DNA of 64,000 bases from Nitrosopumilus sp. (GTDB lineage Archaea; Thermoproteota; Nitrososphaeria; Nitrososphaerales; Nitrosopumilaceae): the NCBI GenBank assembly GCA_965238275.1, contig OZ250186.1, positions 416,001 to 480,000 on the forward strand. Direction: 5' to 3'. The notes below the pieces were generated by a model that searched no databases, was not told the origin of the DNA, and was given only the letters and a program-made list of their open reading frames with translations. Each line of letters starts with the position of its first letter. Position 1 is the stretch's first letter. Below are positions 38,999 through 49,692 of this stretch, one piece after another. The position numbers were made by a program, and so were the translations under genes.

Positions 38999-40468
38999 TC
39001 ATTGGAGACCGGCACCCCTCCGACTGCCCGTATCCTGCTGCTGCTGCTGCTCCTCTGCTGCATCCGGTACATCCGTCTCCTGCGTGTCCGGGTCTGGCCG
39101 AACCACGAATATCTTCACGTTCCTCTTCAGTTCCTCGTCCAGTGCATCATGCCCCCTTCTGATGTCCTCTGAAAACGACCAGACATGGCACTTTTTGAAC
39201 CCGAGTCTTGGCCACTTTGTCATGTTGTACCTGACATGCTCCAGATGCGATACGCACTCCGATCCAGACTCCAGTTCTATGCTTATCGGGGTGTCGGTGG
39301 AATAGTCGTATGCCACAAGATCCGTCTTGTCAACTGCCTCGTGTATCCTCTGTGACGCAACGGCAACAAAGTACCCCCTGTCCAGATAGTGGGCGACGGC
39401 CTTTCCGAACAGCTCCGGGATGTCTTGTGCCGTGCCTACTGCCCCGCAATCAAAACCAAAGTATTCCTTCTGTTTCTCTTCGGCAATGGCATAAGGGTCC
39501 AGCCGGCCGGTGCGGGGGGCCAGCAACCCGTCATGGATCATCTCGCGGAGCAGGCAAGAGACCGTGTCGCGGGGCGTCGTGCCTGCCACGCTGGCCCCGG
39601 TCGGGTTGTACCGACTAGTCACCTCCTTGAGGTTGAGCGGGCCTTTACGCAGCAGCAGCAACAACAGATGCCACTTTTCACGCGAAAGAAACTCCGCATC
39701 CATGTTCTCCATCCACCTGTCCCTCTCCTCGAGGCGCACATCAAAGAGCGGATGCGTGTCCCCGTCCCGAGTCCTGTACCTTTCACGCTCGGATGCGACA
39801 AAACCGTTCCATTCCTCCCGGGTCATGTTGGGCCTGCATACCTGGCCCGACTCGGGATCAAAATGTGTCCAGAACTGAACAGGCAGCGGCTGCTCTCCCC
39901 CGGGCTTTGGCGCAATGCGCGCAGTCCAGCGGTATACTGGCTGTGTCGCTATCATGTTTTTGATGTCGTTGACATATTTTGGATCCCAGGCGCTTGCCAG
40001 CCGCTGCACATCATTCCCCTCAAGGTGCTCGGCCATCTGGATGCCAAAGTTTGTCGTAATGTTGCTCAGTTCATTCTCGTCAAGCTGCTTGAGGCTCTGG
40101 TGTGCAAGTATCAGTCCCAGTCCCTTGGACCTTGCCTGCGATATCATCGTCTCAAGCACGGATATGCCCTTCATCTTTTGGAACTCGTCGAGTGCCAGAA
40201 CCACCTGTGTCCGTTCCCCGAGCGGCGTGGTGCCGGAGCGGTGCAGTATCTCAAACCACAGTTTCAGCACAAACGTCTGCATCACCAGATTGATCACATT
40301 CATCGGGATGTCTGATTCGGAGAACCTCACCACGGTATAGTGCCCGGGCTTGATTATCTCGCTGAACAGTGCAGTGGATCTTCTCTGGCAGAACATGTGC
40401 TTCATCTTGGCGCTTGCGGCAAAGATGTCCAGCCTGTTCAATACTGGTTCAAACGACCTGGCATCCAT
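38999..40468 (-). pseudogene. C-terminal part of a VirD4/TraD/HerA-like ATPase; Walker A absent
   Basis: Walker B LALDEFQ, ARSKGLGLILAHQSLKQL; no GxxGxGKS/T in the ORF. Confidence 0.7.
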
Positions 40469-40526
40469 CCTTGGGGAAATACTTTCGGATTACAACCACG
40501 AAAAAAGCTGCAACCCCGCAAAACCC

Positions 40527-41879
40527 TCATGCCCCCAGGTTGGCGTTTATCCTGTCGAGCTTTTGCAGGTTCCTCTCAGAACCGATATCGCGCCTGTACT
40601 CCAGCTTGCCCTGAAGACACGTGTCTATGGCCCTGTCCACCAGGGATGATGCTGCGGGAATCATCTCGGATACTGCGCAGAACGCGACCGCGCGTGATTT
40701 TTTGAGCGTCTTGTATCTGTGATCGCCTGTCCTCACGCACGAGGCAAAGAACGTCTTGACGCCCAAGCCGGCTATGGCCTTCTCGTCAAGGGTGAAATGG
40801 ATCTCGTTGCTGCTTGCATCCGGATACTCCTTGGCCACCATATACTTGACGACGCTTGCCATTCCGTCAAAGGACACCGCATCCTCTGACAGTGTCTTGT
40901 TCCACACGTGCACCAGCAGTTCGGAGAAGGATCCCTTGAGGACGCTGAGTATGTTGAGTACCTCGGGATCACCAAAGCGCCCGTTGAACTCCATGAATCT
41001 GATGCCGTTTTTCGTCTTGAAGAAGCCGCCGTTGAGGACACCAATAAACGGGTGGTCCTGCGATTCCATCTCGTCGATAACGGTCTGCATGATGTAACGG
41101 CAGTCATCCAGATCCTTCCCGCTCATGAATGGCAGCCTTTTTTCCGAATTGGTAAAGCAGCCCATGCCGCCTGTTCCCGCGCCCCGGTCATCGTCATACC
41201 GGAACGGGTAGTCATAACTGGCAGGGCAGGCCACTAGGGTTCTGCCGTCGGTAATCCCCATAATGGTGAACTCTATTCCCTCCAGCCTCTCCACCAGCAA
41301 CACCTTTTCGCTGCCGTTCCTCTCAAGGAGAAGGCAGGCGTAACCTGCGCAGTCCTGGTAGGTCGGCAGGTGCTCCGGCATCACCTTGACGCCCTTGCCG
41401 CCTGTAAGGCCCTGTGGCTTTACCACCACGTCAATCCCTTTGGACTTGAATTCAGAAAGGGCCGCCTCAACCTCTTCTGCACTTGAGACGATCCTGTGGA
41501 ACGGCGTAAACTCCGGGCATACCTTCTGCATCACCCCAATGGAGTAGACCTTGTCCCATTCGATGCGTGTTGCAGCCTTTGTCCCGCCTATCGCCTTAAA
41601 GCCGTTCTCCAACAGCACGTCGACGACGCCGTTGGCCAGAGGCTGGTCGGCATTGACAAAGGTGTAGTCAATCCCATGCTCCCTTGCAAATCCCAGAACA
41701 GCCTGCGGGTCGTTGGCATCGCCGATCGCATATTCCCCGCCGGACCGCTCCACGCAGTGAATAATTGACGGGTTCTTATGAGACATTATGGCATAAAGCT
41801 GCGCATCTTCCATGAGACGCGTGGCAAAGATGCCCTCGCGCCCGCCGCTCCCAACAATGAGGAATTTTTTCCTGTCCAC
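40527..41879 (-). CDS. purD: Phosphoribosylamine-glycine ligase
   Basis: LIVGSGGRE, VVKPQGLTGGKGV, TGGMG, EFNGRFGDPE. Confidence 0.92.
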   Translation of the reverse strand: MDRKKFLIVGSGGREGIFATRLMEDAQLYAIMSHKNPSIIHCVERSGGEYAIGDANDPQAVLGFAREHGIDYTFVNADQPLANGVVDVLLENGFKAIGGTKAATRIEWDKVYSIGVMQKVCPEFTPFHRIVSSAEEVEAALSEFKSKGIDVVVKPQGLTGGKGVKVMPEHLPTYQDCAGYACLLLERNGSEKVLLVERLEGIEFTIMGITDGRTLVACPASYDYPFRYDDDRGAGTGGMGCFTNSEKRLPFMSGKDLDDCRYIMQTVIDEMESQDHPFIGVLNGGFFKTKNGIRFMEFNGRFGDPEVLNILSVLKGSFSELLVHVWNKTLSEDAVSFDGMASVVKYMVAKEYPDASSNEIHFTLDEKAIAGLGVKTFFASCVRTGDHRYKTLKKSRAVAFCAVSEMIPAASSLVDRAIDTCLQGKLEYRRDIGSERNLQKLDRINANLGA

Positions 41880-41895
41880 AATGCGGGGTTGAGTG

Positions 41896-42144
41896 TCAGA
41901 TTAAAAAAAGATTCGGACTTGCGCCTGCCTGTACGTCGAGACCCGTATGGAACAGGCTCATCAAACCTGCCTGCATTGATACCATCTCTGGCAGCGACGC
42001 AATAAAGTCGATTGAACCGCCCGTGATATCAATCCCGAGCATGAAGCGCAACATGCCGTCGACCAGAATTGTCCCGATTACAGCCCCGCCAGCATAGAAC
42101 AACAACGAGTGTCTTCTTTTAGCTTCCCCGTATTCCTCGGACAT
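41896..42144 (-). CDS. Small hypothetical membrane protein
   Basis: 82-aa ORF with one hydrophobic segment. Confidence 0.45.
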   Translation of the reverse strand: MSEEYGEAKRRHSLLFYAGGAVIGTILVDGMLRFMLGIDITGGSIDFIASLPEMVSMQAGLMSLFHTGLDVQAGASPNLFLI

Positions 42145-42279
42145 GGTACCATGTGACTCAAAACAATAAAAGGGCAGATTCGGGCAGAATGACTCCCCTG
42201 TGAGATGATTCGGTTATGGGGGTGACTTCCATGAGACTATTCTGGCAGCAGTATGCAGGCCGGGTTTTGCGATACCGGA

Positions 42280-42840
42280 CTAGACGGAGCTTCCGGACAG
42301 GTACTGGTTCCACCTCTCCCTGGCCTGCGGAAGCTCTGCAAGAAGCCACCGGTACCACTTTACAAATTCCCTGGTCTCGTCTTGAATGTACTCTTCAATC
42401 TCTGCGTATCTGCCGGTGCCATACCAGTTCGGCACCGACATGCCGCTCTGCCTCTTGCCGGTAATCTTGTCAAGGCCCGAGTCCTTGAACTCGCCGCGGT
42501 TCATCATGATTCCGACGCTGTGCAGGTCCACGCACGGATGCGACAGCACGTCTATCGCCGGCAGTCCGTGCATCCGGGATTTTGCAAGCAGGAACCTGTG
42601 CTCAAATCCCAGGTTGTAGCCGATGGGAATAAAGTCAAACTTGTACATGTTGGTTATGGGGGTGCCATAGACAAGCTGGGAGAGCATTCCCCTCTCCCCG
42701 AGTTCCCACTCCTTGAGGATGGACAGCTCGCCGACGGGCCTTCCCGTTCCGCGCTCCAGCTCCTGATACTGGATGGTAATGATGCTGCTGTTGCCGGGAT
42801 CCAGACCCGTAGTCTCTATGTCCAGATAATAATTGGCCAT
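42280..42840 (-). CDS. RNase H-like/DEDD 3'-5' exonuclease domain protein
   Basis: YLDIETTGLD, IGYNLGFE, IEEYIQDE. Confidence 0.8.
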   Translation of the reverse strand: MANYYLDIETTGLDPGNSSIITIQYQELERGTGRPVGELSILKEWELGERGMLSQLVYGTPITNMYKFDFIPIGYNLGFEHRFLLAKSRMHGLPAIDVLSHPCVDLHSVGIMMNRGEFKDSGLDKITGKRQSGMSVPNWYGTGRYAEIEEYIQDETREFVKWYRWLLAELPQARERWNQYLSGSSV

Positions 42841-42962
42841 ACTGGGGTTGGCCCTATCATGTTTAAATACGAATTGGCCCTCCTCCCGCACGGGGCCACA
42901 CGCCAGGAAGCCACGCATGGCGGTTCAGGCAGGATCCAGGGATGGGGCATCTACTACTACTA

Positions 42963-43595
42963 CTACCAGGACTGGTCAAACCGGGCCGGATCCACCACGT
43001 TAAACCCGGATACCAGAAACTTCCCGTCACTCTCCCGAAAGACGTTGAGGGATCCGTTTGCTATTATCATCTCAAAGAGGTTCACGGGGGAGAGGGTGAG
43101 CGCACTTGAGAGCATCGCCTTTATGGGATCCATGTGGGTTACCAGCACCACGTTTTTGTCCGGATGCACCTCCGCGACATGGCTGACCATCCCCTGTACG
43201 CGCTTTTTGACCTGCACAAACGTCTCCACCCCGTTGTGCGCAATCTCCAGCTCCCCGTTGTAAAACTTTAGGAACACGTTTCCGTGATTCTCGTATACCT
43301 CATTGTATCCCATGCCGGTAAACTTGCCCATGTCAAGCTCAGTCAGGCGCTCGTCAATCACAACATCAATGGAGTTTGCGCGCCCCACGATTTGGGCAGT
43401 CTCACTTGCCCTCTGAATCGGGCTGGAATACACTGCAGATATCTTCATGCCGCCCAGCAGCTCTGCTGCGTGCTCTGCCTGCCCTATTCCCTCGTCAGTC
43501 AGCGGGAATCCCGGCGTCCTTCCTGCCAGGATCTTCTCTACGTTGTTTTTTGCCTGGCCGTGCCGCAGGAAGATAATATTTCCCAACCTGTCCAA
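42963..43595 (-). CDS. Histidine phosphatase / phosphoglycerate mutase family
   Basis: RHGQ, SSPIQRA.ETA, LVTH. Confidence 0.9.
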   Translation of the reverse strand: MDRLGNIIFLRHGQAKNNVEKILAGRTPGFPLTDEGIGQAEHAAELLGGMKISAVYSSPIQRASETAQIVGRANSIDVVIDERLTELDMGKFTGMGYNEVYENHGNVFLKFYNGELEIAHNGVETFVQVKKRVQGMVSHVAEVHPDKNVVLVTHMDPIKAMLSSALTLSPVNLFEMIIANGSLNVFRESDGKFLVSGFNVVDPARFDQSW

Positions 43596-43636
43596 GATTC
43601 AAATAGAGCTAATAATAACATTATCAGAGAATCATC

Positions 43637-44308
43637 ATGAAGATAGGCATTATTGGCGGAACCGGCGGAATGGGCAAGGGATTTGCCCTGAGATGGTCAC
43701 AGAACCACGACGTCATCGTCGGCTCAAGGGATGCTGCGCGGGCATCTGATGCTGCTGCAGAGTATACAAAGCTGGCAGTAGAGGCATATGGCAGAATAAA
43801 TGGGACCATCACCGGAAACGACAACGCCTCAGTTGCCAGGGAAAGCGACGTGCTTATCCTGTCAATCCAGTATGATAATATCGACTCGACGTGCTCTGCA
43901 ATACTGCCTGAAACAAGGGAGGACTGCGTGGTGGTCTCCCCGATAGTCCCCATGACAAAGACTGACGTGGGATTCGAGTTCATTCCAATCAAGGAGGGCA
44001 AGCCGTTTTCATACCAGATGGTCTCAAAGCACATCAGGGATCCTTCAAGGCTCGTCTCTGCGTTTCACGTGATATCGGAAAAAAAGCTTGCAAACCCCAA
44101 GCTGACGCTTGACTATGACATATTTGTCTGCGGGGACGGCAAGGAGGCAGTGAATACTGTCAACTCCCTGATAGGCGAGATCGAGGGGCTCAGGCCGATC
44201 TATCTGGGGCCCGGAGAGCTCTCATACATGGCAGAGATTGCCACGCCGCTGCTCCTCAACGCAATGATACGCAACAAGATAAGAAACCCCGGCATCAAGA
44301 TCGTCTGA
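43637..44308 (+). CDS. npdG: F420H2:NADP+ oxidoreductase
   Basis: MKIGIIGGTGGMGKGFALR, VGSR, VSAFH. Confidence 0.88.
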   Translation: MKIGIIGGTGGMGKGFALRWSQNHDVIVGSRDAARASDAAAEYTKLAVEAYGRINGTITGNDNASVARESDVLILSIQYDNIDSTCSAILPETREDCVVVSPIVPMTKTDVGFEFIPIKEGKPFSYQMVSKHIRDPSRLVSAFHVISEKKLANPKLTLDYDIFVCGDGKEAVNTVNSLIGEIEGLRPIYLGPGELSYMAEIATPLLLNAMIRNKIRNPGIKIV

Positions 44309-44314
44309 ACGGAA

Positions 44315-44560
44315 TTGAGCCACGAATACTACAGGAGGGGCAGGAACTGGTTTACTGCAATCGGGGTGCTGTTTTTGGTCATGGCCGGAATCGTGCTGAT
44401 ACAGCAGGTCCTGATATGGGGCCCCGAGTTTGCCCTGGACTTTCTGCTAAACGCAGAGTTTACCAACGAAAAGGTCTCAGTGGCGATGCTGGGGTTTGGC
44501 ATTTTTATGATAGTGCTTGGACTGAGAAGGCATGGCAGCAGCAGCAACAGACAGGCATGA
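44315..44560 (+). CDS. Small membrane protein
   Basis: Two TM segments; operonic position. Confidence 0.65.
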   Translation: MSHEYYRRGRNWFTAIGVLFLVMAGIVLIQQVLIWGPEFALDFLLNAEFTNEKVSVAMLGFGIFMIVLGLRRHGSSSNRQA

Positions 44561-44942
44561 GTTTCTAGGAAGCCAGAAGATACTGCGCCTGGGGACAGTC
44601 GGGCCAGACGGCATGCCGCATGTGGTGCCGGTATGGTACTGGTATGGCCAGGACACGTTTCACATCGGGACAAACACCAAGACCAAGAAGGCAAGAAACG
44701 TGATGAACAACAGCCGCGTCTCGTTCTGCGTGGATGTGGGGGTGAACGCGCCTGACATCTGCGGGGTCATGGGGTACGGGGAGGCCGGCCTCATCCGGGA
44801 CGAAAGGGTCCGTCCCATTGCAGAGAGGATCCTTGAAAGGTACTACGACACCCTGGAGAATCCTGCCGCACAGGAGCTGCTAAGGGATACAGACTGCATA
44901 ATAGAGATAGTCCCGCAAAACACCACTATGTGGAGGTTCTGA
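44532..44942 (+). CDS. Pyridoxamine 5'-phosphate oxidase-like (possibly F420-binding) protein
   Basis: LGTVGPDGMPHVVPVWY, KARNVMNNSRVSFCVD. Confidence 0.85.
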   Translation: MAAAATDRHEFLGSQKILRLGTVGPDGMPHVVPVWYWYGQDTFHIGTNTKTKKARNVMNNSRVSFCVDVGVNAPDICGVMGYGEAGLIRDERVRPIAERILERYYDTLENPAAQELLRDTDCIIEIVPQNTTMWRF

Positions 44943-46107
44943 CAAAGTCCTCGATCTTGGAGAGGGCCCGCTCCAGCACGTCCATTCCCGGAAGGTACAC
45001 CAGCCTGAAGTGGCCGCTGCCGTACGTCGTGCCGAATCCGGAACCGTGCACCGTCAGGACTCCCTTGGACTCCAGCAGGTTCAGGACAAACTCCTTGTCG
45101 GTTCCAAGGGCATCGTTTTCTATCTTGGGAAACACGTAAAACGCGCCGGACGGAACCGGGCAGGACAGTCCCGGGATCTCGTTGAGCCTCTTTACCACAA
45201 AGTCCCTGTGAGTCCTAATCTGGGAGACAAAGTCTTGTATGTACCCCTGCGGGCCTCGGAGGGATTCAAGGGCTGCATACTGGAAGGGGAGGTTTGGGCC
45301 AATCCTGACCCTTGCCAGCTTGGGCAGGTGCTCGCGTATTGCCTCAAGCCTGGGGGACTGGTTGAATGCGATGTATCCCATGCGCCAGCCTGTCATCAGG
45401 TGCACCTTGGAGAACCCGTTAAGCACGATTACCGGCAGATCCTGTGATACGCTGCCCACGCCTGCAAACTTGCCGTCAAAGATTATCTGGTCGTATATCT
45501 CGTCGCATATGATGTACAGGTCGTGCTCGGCTGCGACGTTTACCACCTCCTGAAGGGACTTTTTGTCAAACACGGCACCCGTCGGGTTGTTGGGGCTGAT
45601 GAGGCATATTGCAACGGTTCTTGGCGTGATCTTTGATCTTATGTCGTCTATGTCAGGCGTGGAGTGCTCCAAGTCCACTGCAAATTCCACCGGAATGCCG
45701 CCGTGCAGGCGGACGTATGATGCGTACGGCGGATAGTATGGTCCGGACAGTAGAACCTCGTCGCCATCCTCCACTATGGAGGACATTATCATGTCAAGGC
45801 CTTCGGAGACGCCGTTGGTGACCAGGATGTCGTCTGCGCCGGCTGTCAGTCCCTTGGATGCCTCCTTTTGTGCGATTGCCTCCCGGAGTTCGGGGATGCC
45901 TTCTGACGGCGAATAATAGTTGTCACCACGGTTAATGGCATCAATCAATGCCTGCCTGACGTTGTCTGGCGGCTGAAAGCCAAATTGTACCGGGTCGCCA
46001 ATGTTCAGATAGTCGACCTGCATTCCCCTCTGCTGTACCTTTCTTGCCGCAAGCACCACGTCCCTGATGGCATATTCGACTTCTGCCACCTTTCTGGAGA
46101 TCTTCAA
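44926..46107 (-). CDS. Class I/II PLP-dependent aminotransferase
   Basis: YAIRD, LNIGDP, SPNNPTG, DEIY, GFSK...TGWRMG; TTG start inferred. Confidence 0.92.
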   Translation of the reverse strand: MKISRKVAEVEYAIRDVVLAARKVQQRGMQVDYLNIGDPVQFGFQPPDNVRQALIDAINRGDNYYSPSEGIPELREAIAQKEASKGLTAGADDILVTNGVSEGLDMIMSSIVEDGDEVLLSGPYYPPYASYVRLHGGIPVEFAVDLEHSTPDIDDIRSKITPRTVAICLISPNNPTGAVFDKKSLQEVVNVAAEHDLYIICDEIYDQIIFDGKFAGVGSVSQDLPVIVLNGFSKVHLMTGWRMGYIAFNQSPRLEAIREHLPKLARVRIGPNLPFQYAALESLRGPQGYIQDFVSQIRTHRDFVVKRLNEIPGLSCPVPSGAFYVFPKIENDALGTDKEFVLNLLESKGVLTVHGSGFGTTYGSGHFRLVYLPGMDVLERALSKIEDFVRTST

Positions 46108-46151
46108 AGTGTTTAGACAGGTATTTAGACACGTTAAAGTCTTATCTTTTT

Positions 46152-46226
46152 GGACTCGTAGCACAGTCAGGATAGTGCGGGCGGCTTCGGACCGCCAGGT
46201 CAAGGGATCGAAGCCCTTCGAGCCCT
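46152..46226 (+). tRNA. tRNA-Arg (TCG)
   Basis: Anticodon arm ggcgg-ctTCGga-ccgcc; T arm aaggg-atcgaag-ccctt; acceptor ggactcg/cgagccc with one mismatch. Confidence 0.85.
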
Positions 46227-46384
46227 CTTTATCTACACAATGATATCCGAGGATGGCGTGAATTACTACCGGCAGAATCTGCGCATATCCTATATGCTGT
46301 GGAGGCATCAGGATTTATGCCGAATCTCTCATCAAAAGCGGCACTCAGCTGACATTATAAGACGCAGTCTGCGCCGGTAATAAG

Positions 46385-46876
46385 ATGAAGGTATCCATGT
46401 TCAGAATAGGACTGGCGCTGGTAATCATCGGAATAATCTGGATATCGCTCGTGTTTGCAGATGCCGGAAAGACCCACATGACCACGCTCCTAAAGCAGTC
46501 AGAATCAGCCGAGGTGGGTATGGAATTCTCCGGTACGGGTATAGGATTCTATCGCATTCACATGCCAGAGTTTGCCGGAGACAAAGTGTTTGCACAGGTA
46601 CGGGATCCTGCCAACAACGTAATGCAGGAGCAGATGGTCCAGACAAGGATGTTGGTGGACTACTTTGAGTATGACGCAGACGGAGGGCATTCGGTCATAC
46701 TGACAAACATCTCCGGGGATCCGATTGTACTCGAGGCGGATCTTGGGGAGACGAACTCGCAAGAGATGATGCCTGCAGGAATCATGATTCTGGCCGGATC
46801 CGCTGCCATGATGGTAATGGCCTATCTGAGGATTACCTCCTACAGCACCGAACAGCCCGACGAGAATATCTCATAG
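46385..46876 (+). CDS. Membrane-anchored hypothetical protein
   Basis: N- and C-terminal TM segments. Confidence 0.7.
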   Translation: MKVSMFRIGLALVIIGIIWISLVFADAGKTHMTTLLKQSESAEVGMEFSGTGIGFYRIHMPEFAGDKVFAQVRDPANNVMQEQMVQTRMLVDYFEYDADGGHSVILTNISGDPIVLEADLGETNSQEMMPAGIMILAGSAAMMVMAYLRITSYSTEQPDENIS

Positions 46877-47442
46877 ACTGGTATGCACTGGATTACATGC
46901 CCGAATATCAAAACCAGATTGAAGCCAAGCCACACCACAAAGAACAGGAACGTCACCGCCGAAAACGGCAGCAACCACCTGAGCCTGGTATGTTCCATTC
47001 CCTTGAGGATTAGCAGCGCGCCCAGGGATCCCAAGACCAGCCCGAACTCAAGCGGCTGGTGTGACCAGGAGACCAGCCCGTCGATTCCAAACATGTCATG
47101 GGATATGGAATCGGCAAAGCCCGATGCCATCTGGATAGCACCGCCAACTATTACCAGTTTGATTCCGGTCCTGATAATGCCGCGCACCATGCCGCGCACC
47201 ATGCCGCGCACCAGCAGAACGCCCCCCAGAATTCCTGCGCATGCAGTCATGGATACCCCGGTGTACACCACTATGTGCGGGGCACTCCAGAAGAATTCCG
47301 GCTCCTGCAGGATGTGCGATATGGCATCCCAGAACCCGGCAGACACGACCACCACGGGCCCTGCCACTGCAAGGATCGCAAGGGGCAGGATGGATTTGAA
47401 CCCTGCAATCCTTGAACCGGCGATTCGCGGGAGCAGTCTCAT
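46840..47442 (-). CDS. Multi-TM membrane protein
   Basis: WDAISH...FFWSAPH, DSISHDMFGID...SH motifs. Confidence 0.7.
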   Translation of the reverse strand: MRLLPRIAGSRIAGFKSILPLAILAVAGPVVVVSAGFWDAISHILQEPEFFWSAPHIVVYTGVSMTACAGILGGVLLVRGMVRGMVRGIIRTGIKLVIVGGAIQMASGFADSISHDMFGIDGLVSWSHQPLEFGLVLGSLGALLILKGMEHTRLRWLLPFSAVTFLFFVVWLGFNLVLIFGHVIQCIPVYEIFSSGCSVL

Positions 47443-48239
47443 TCTGAATATACACCATAAATGGCATATTTGAATTGCAGGGCAATAGAGGATTCTGTAG
47501 TGTTATGGGGTGGCAGATATGGATCTTCTCTGGATTGAAAACGTGCCTATCAGGAAGTGGTGGTGGTGGTGGTGGTGGCAGCGACGTTCAAACCGCCGTC
47601 AGTCATGCCATCGGTATTGAAAGGCCCCGGCCCGTTTTGGTGATCAGGTCATGAAACACCAGAGTCACACTACTTGTTAGCTGGCAATGATGCTCAGATA
47701 CTGCCTGTCTTTACGGCCATCTGAAAATTCGGAGATCATCCAAGACCCTTCAAACTCCAGCAGAATGACATGGAATTTGAAAATCTGACATTACGGCTTA
47801 TATGCTAAAATCCTTAACTGGCCACATGGTTTTGAGGCAAGTAAAACCCATGGATGGCAAACAATGGGAACAGGTAACCAGTCAATTGAAATCAGGTTCC
47901 ACTGAGAAATCCATCAGTACCGTGGAGGCTGCCCTAAAGCGTGCCAGTAAATTGAAAGAAGCGTAGCCCTCATTCGGGTCATGGTTCCAGATATTATTGA
48001 TTTTGGCAATGACATTTCTACTGTCATGCCCGACCCAGTCATGCCCAAAGACACCGAATTTGAATGCAAAAACATCATACACGCAGTAGCTGCCACAACA
48101 ATCCGAGCACTTTTGGCAAAAATTACACCAGTCACATGACTAAATCCCACATCATGCAGGTTTCATGCAAATGCCAGACAAATGCATCAAAATACGCATT
48201 GGCCGGCGGGCTGACCAGCTGACAGAGTTGGCGTGTATT

Positions 48240-49175
48240 TTACAACCCGGCGGCGTTGGCAGAGGATTCCAGCACCAGCCGGTCTAACATCTCCCTGATT
48301 TTTCGGTGTCCGGGGATCTTTATCAGGCGCTGCTGGCAACATGTTATCGCCTTTTCGTACTCGCCCAACTCTGCTAGGATATCTGCCTTGTGGATGTAGA
48401 GATCGTTCTCGTTCAGGTCTATGTCCAGCGCTTTATTGAGTATCTTTATTGCACCTGCCGGATCCCCCTCTCTGCGTACGATTATGGCCAGGGCGATGTA
48501 TGCCGGGATGGTAATTTTTTCCAGTTTTAGCGCCCTGAGGGCAAGCCTTTCTGCCTTCTTCATGTTGCCGATCATGGCCATGACAATGGCACGGCCTGCA
48601 AGCATCCCTGAATCATTTCTGAACCTATAACTCCACTTGTCGTAGAGTTCTGCTGCCTCGTGCAGCCGGCCCATCTCAATCAACACTTCTGCCTTGTTGT
48701 TGATTGTTGAGACATCCGGCCTAGAAGCAAGATCCTCGTCGCACAGTGCAATTGCCTCATCAAGTTTTTTCATGTGTACAAATATTGTGTCTCTGATGTC
48801 ATTGACGCGCTTTCCTATTACTTGCTCTAGCCTCTCAAGCGTGCTTAGCGCCTCCTCGTATTTGCCATGGTTTATGGCAGAAAGCGTCTCGGTAAGAAGT
48901 ACATGCCGTTGATCACTGCGCATCTCTATCATTCCCCTGACAAGGTCTGCCCTGAACTCGTCTGTGCCTGCAATACGTTCCACATCAACACCCTCACCTA
49001 TTTTTCGCCCATCGAGCTCTTTTCCCACCGCGTCTATTAAATTATCTAACGCGTCAAACCTGTGCAGGTCCGGCTCTCCCTCAATGCCGAACCGCCTTAC
49101 CAACCCGTGATTCTTGGATGCGTGTGTATCACGTGAATGCCCTGCGCTTGCCTTGGATCCATTTCTGTGCTTCAT
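48240..49175 (-). CDS. Tetratricopeptide-repeat protein
   Basis: Repeated helical motifs such as NKAEVLIEMGRLHEA and KADILAELGEYEKAI. Confidence 0.8.
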   Translation of the reverse strand: MKHRNGSKASAGHSRDTHASKNHGLVRRFGIEGEPDLHRFDALDNLIDAVGKELDGRKIGEGVDVERIAGTDEFRADLVRGMIEMRSDQRHVLLTETLSAINHGKYEEALSTLERLEQVIGKRVNDIRDTIFVHMKKLDEAIALCDEDLASRPDVSTINNKAEVLIEMGRLHEAAELYDKWSYRFRNDSGMLAGRAIVMAMIGNMKKAERLALRALKLEKITIPAYIALAIIVRREGDPAGAIKILNKALDIDLNENDLYIHKADILAELGEYEKAITCCQQRLIKIPGHRKIREMLDRLVLESSANAAGL

Positions 49176-49427
49176 CCGTACCGGTAGTATACACGTGTGA
49201 CATTTGAGTTTATGTGTAGTTGAGGCCATGGCAATCCATACCTGCCGGCCGTTAATCCGGAAAATTCCATGGATGGGCCCCCAGAATGTCGTCTCAAAAA
49301 TGGTTCACAAGAACACGTTATTTCCGGACACTGTAGCACAACAGGTCGGCGTGCAAGTCATTCACATTGCAACATAAAAACGAGCAAACACGCCAACAGG
49401 GTCAACTATATTTAGACGATACGCGGT

Positions 49428-49676
49428 ATGACTCCCATGAGCCCGGGCATTGGATTAATGAAGAGGCGGCTGGAAAAGGAGCGCGATGCCGTTGCCCTGG
49501 CCGTATCAGGAATTGCAAAGAGATACGAGGTGGCGCCGGACGGCATCAGCACCCTTGAGACAAAGTACGACGATGACGCAGGCGACTGGTATGTGGCACT
49601 CGGATGGGACACGAAGAGGGCCGTAGTCAGGATGGACTCTGTCCAGGCGACGATAATCGAGATTAACGAGATCTGA
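49428..49676 (+). CDS. Hypothetical protein
   Basis: 82-aa ORF immediately upstream of mtnA. Confidence 0.65.
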   Translation: MTPMSPGIGLMKRRLEKERDAVALAVSGIAKRYEVAPDGISTLETKYDDDAGDWYVALGWDTKRAVVRMDSVQATIIEINEI

Positions 49677-49692
49677 TCTGCTCGTTTTAAAT

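Noticed and set aside
42253-43263. 336-aa plus-strand ORF and similar long antisense ORFs (e.g. 39389-40315, 57489-58385)
   Set aside because: They lie antisense to well-supported genes and show no motifs.
47450-48235. Intergenic stretch with short ORFs
   Set aside because: No coherent coding signal or structure could be supported.
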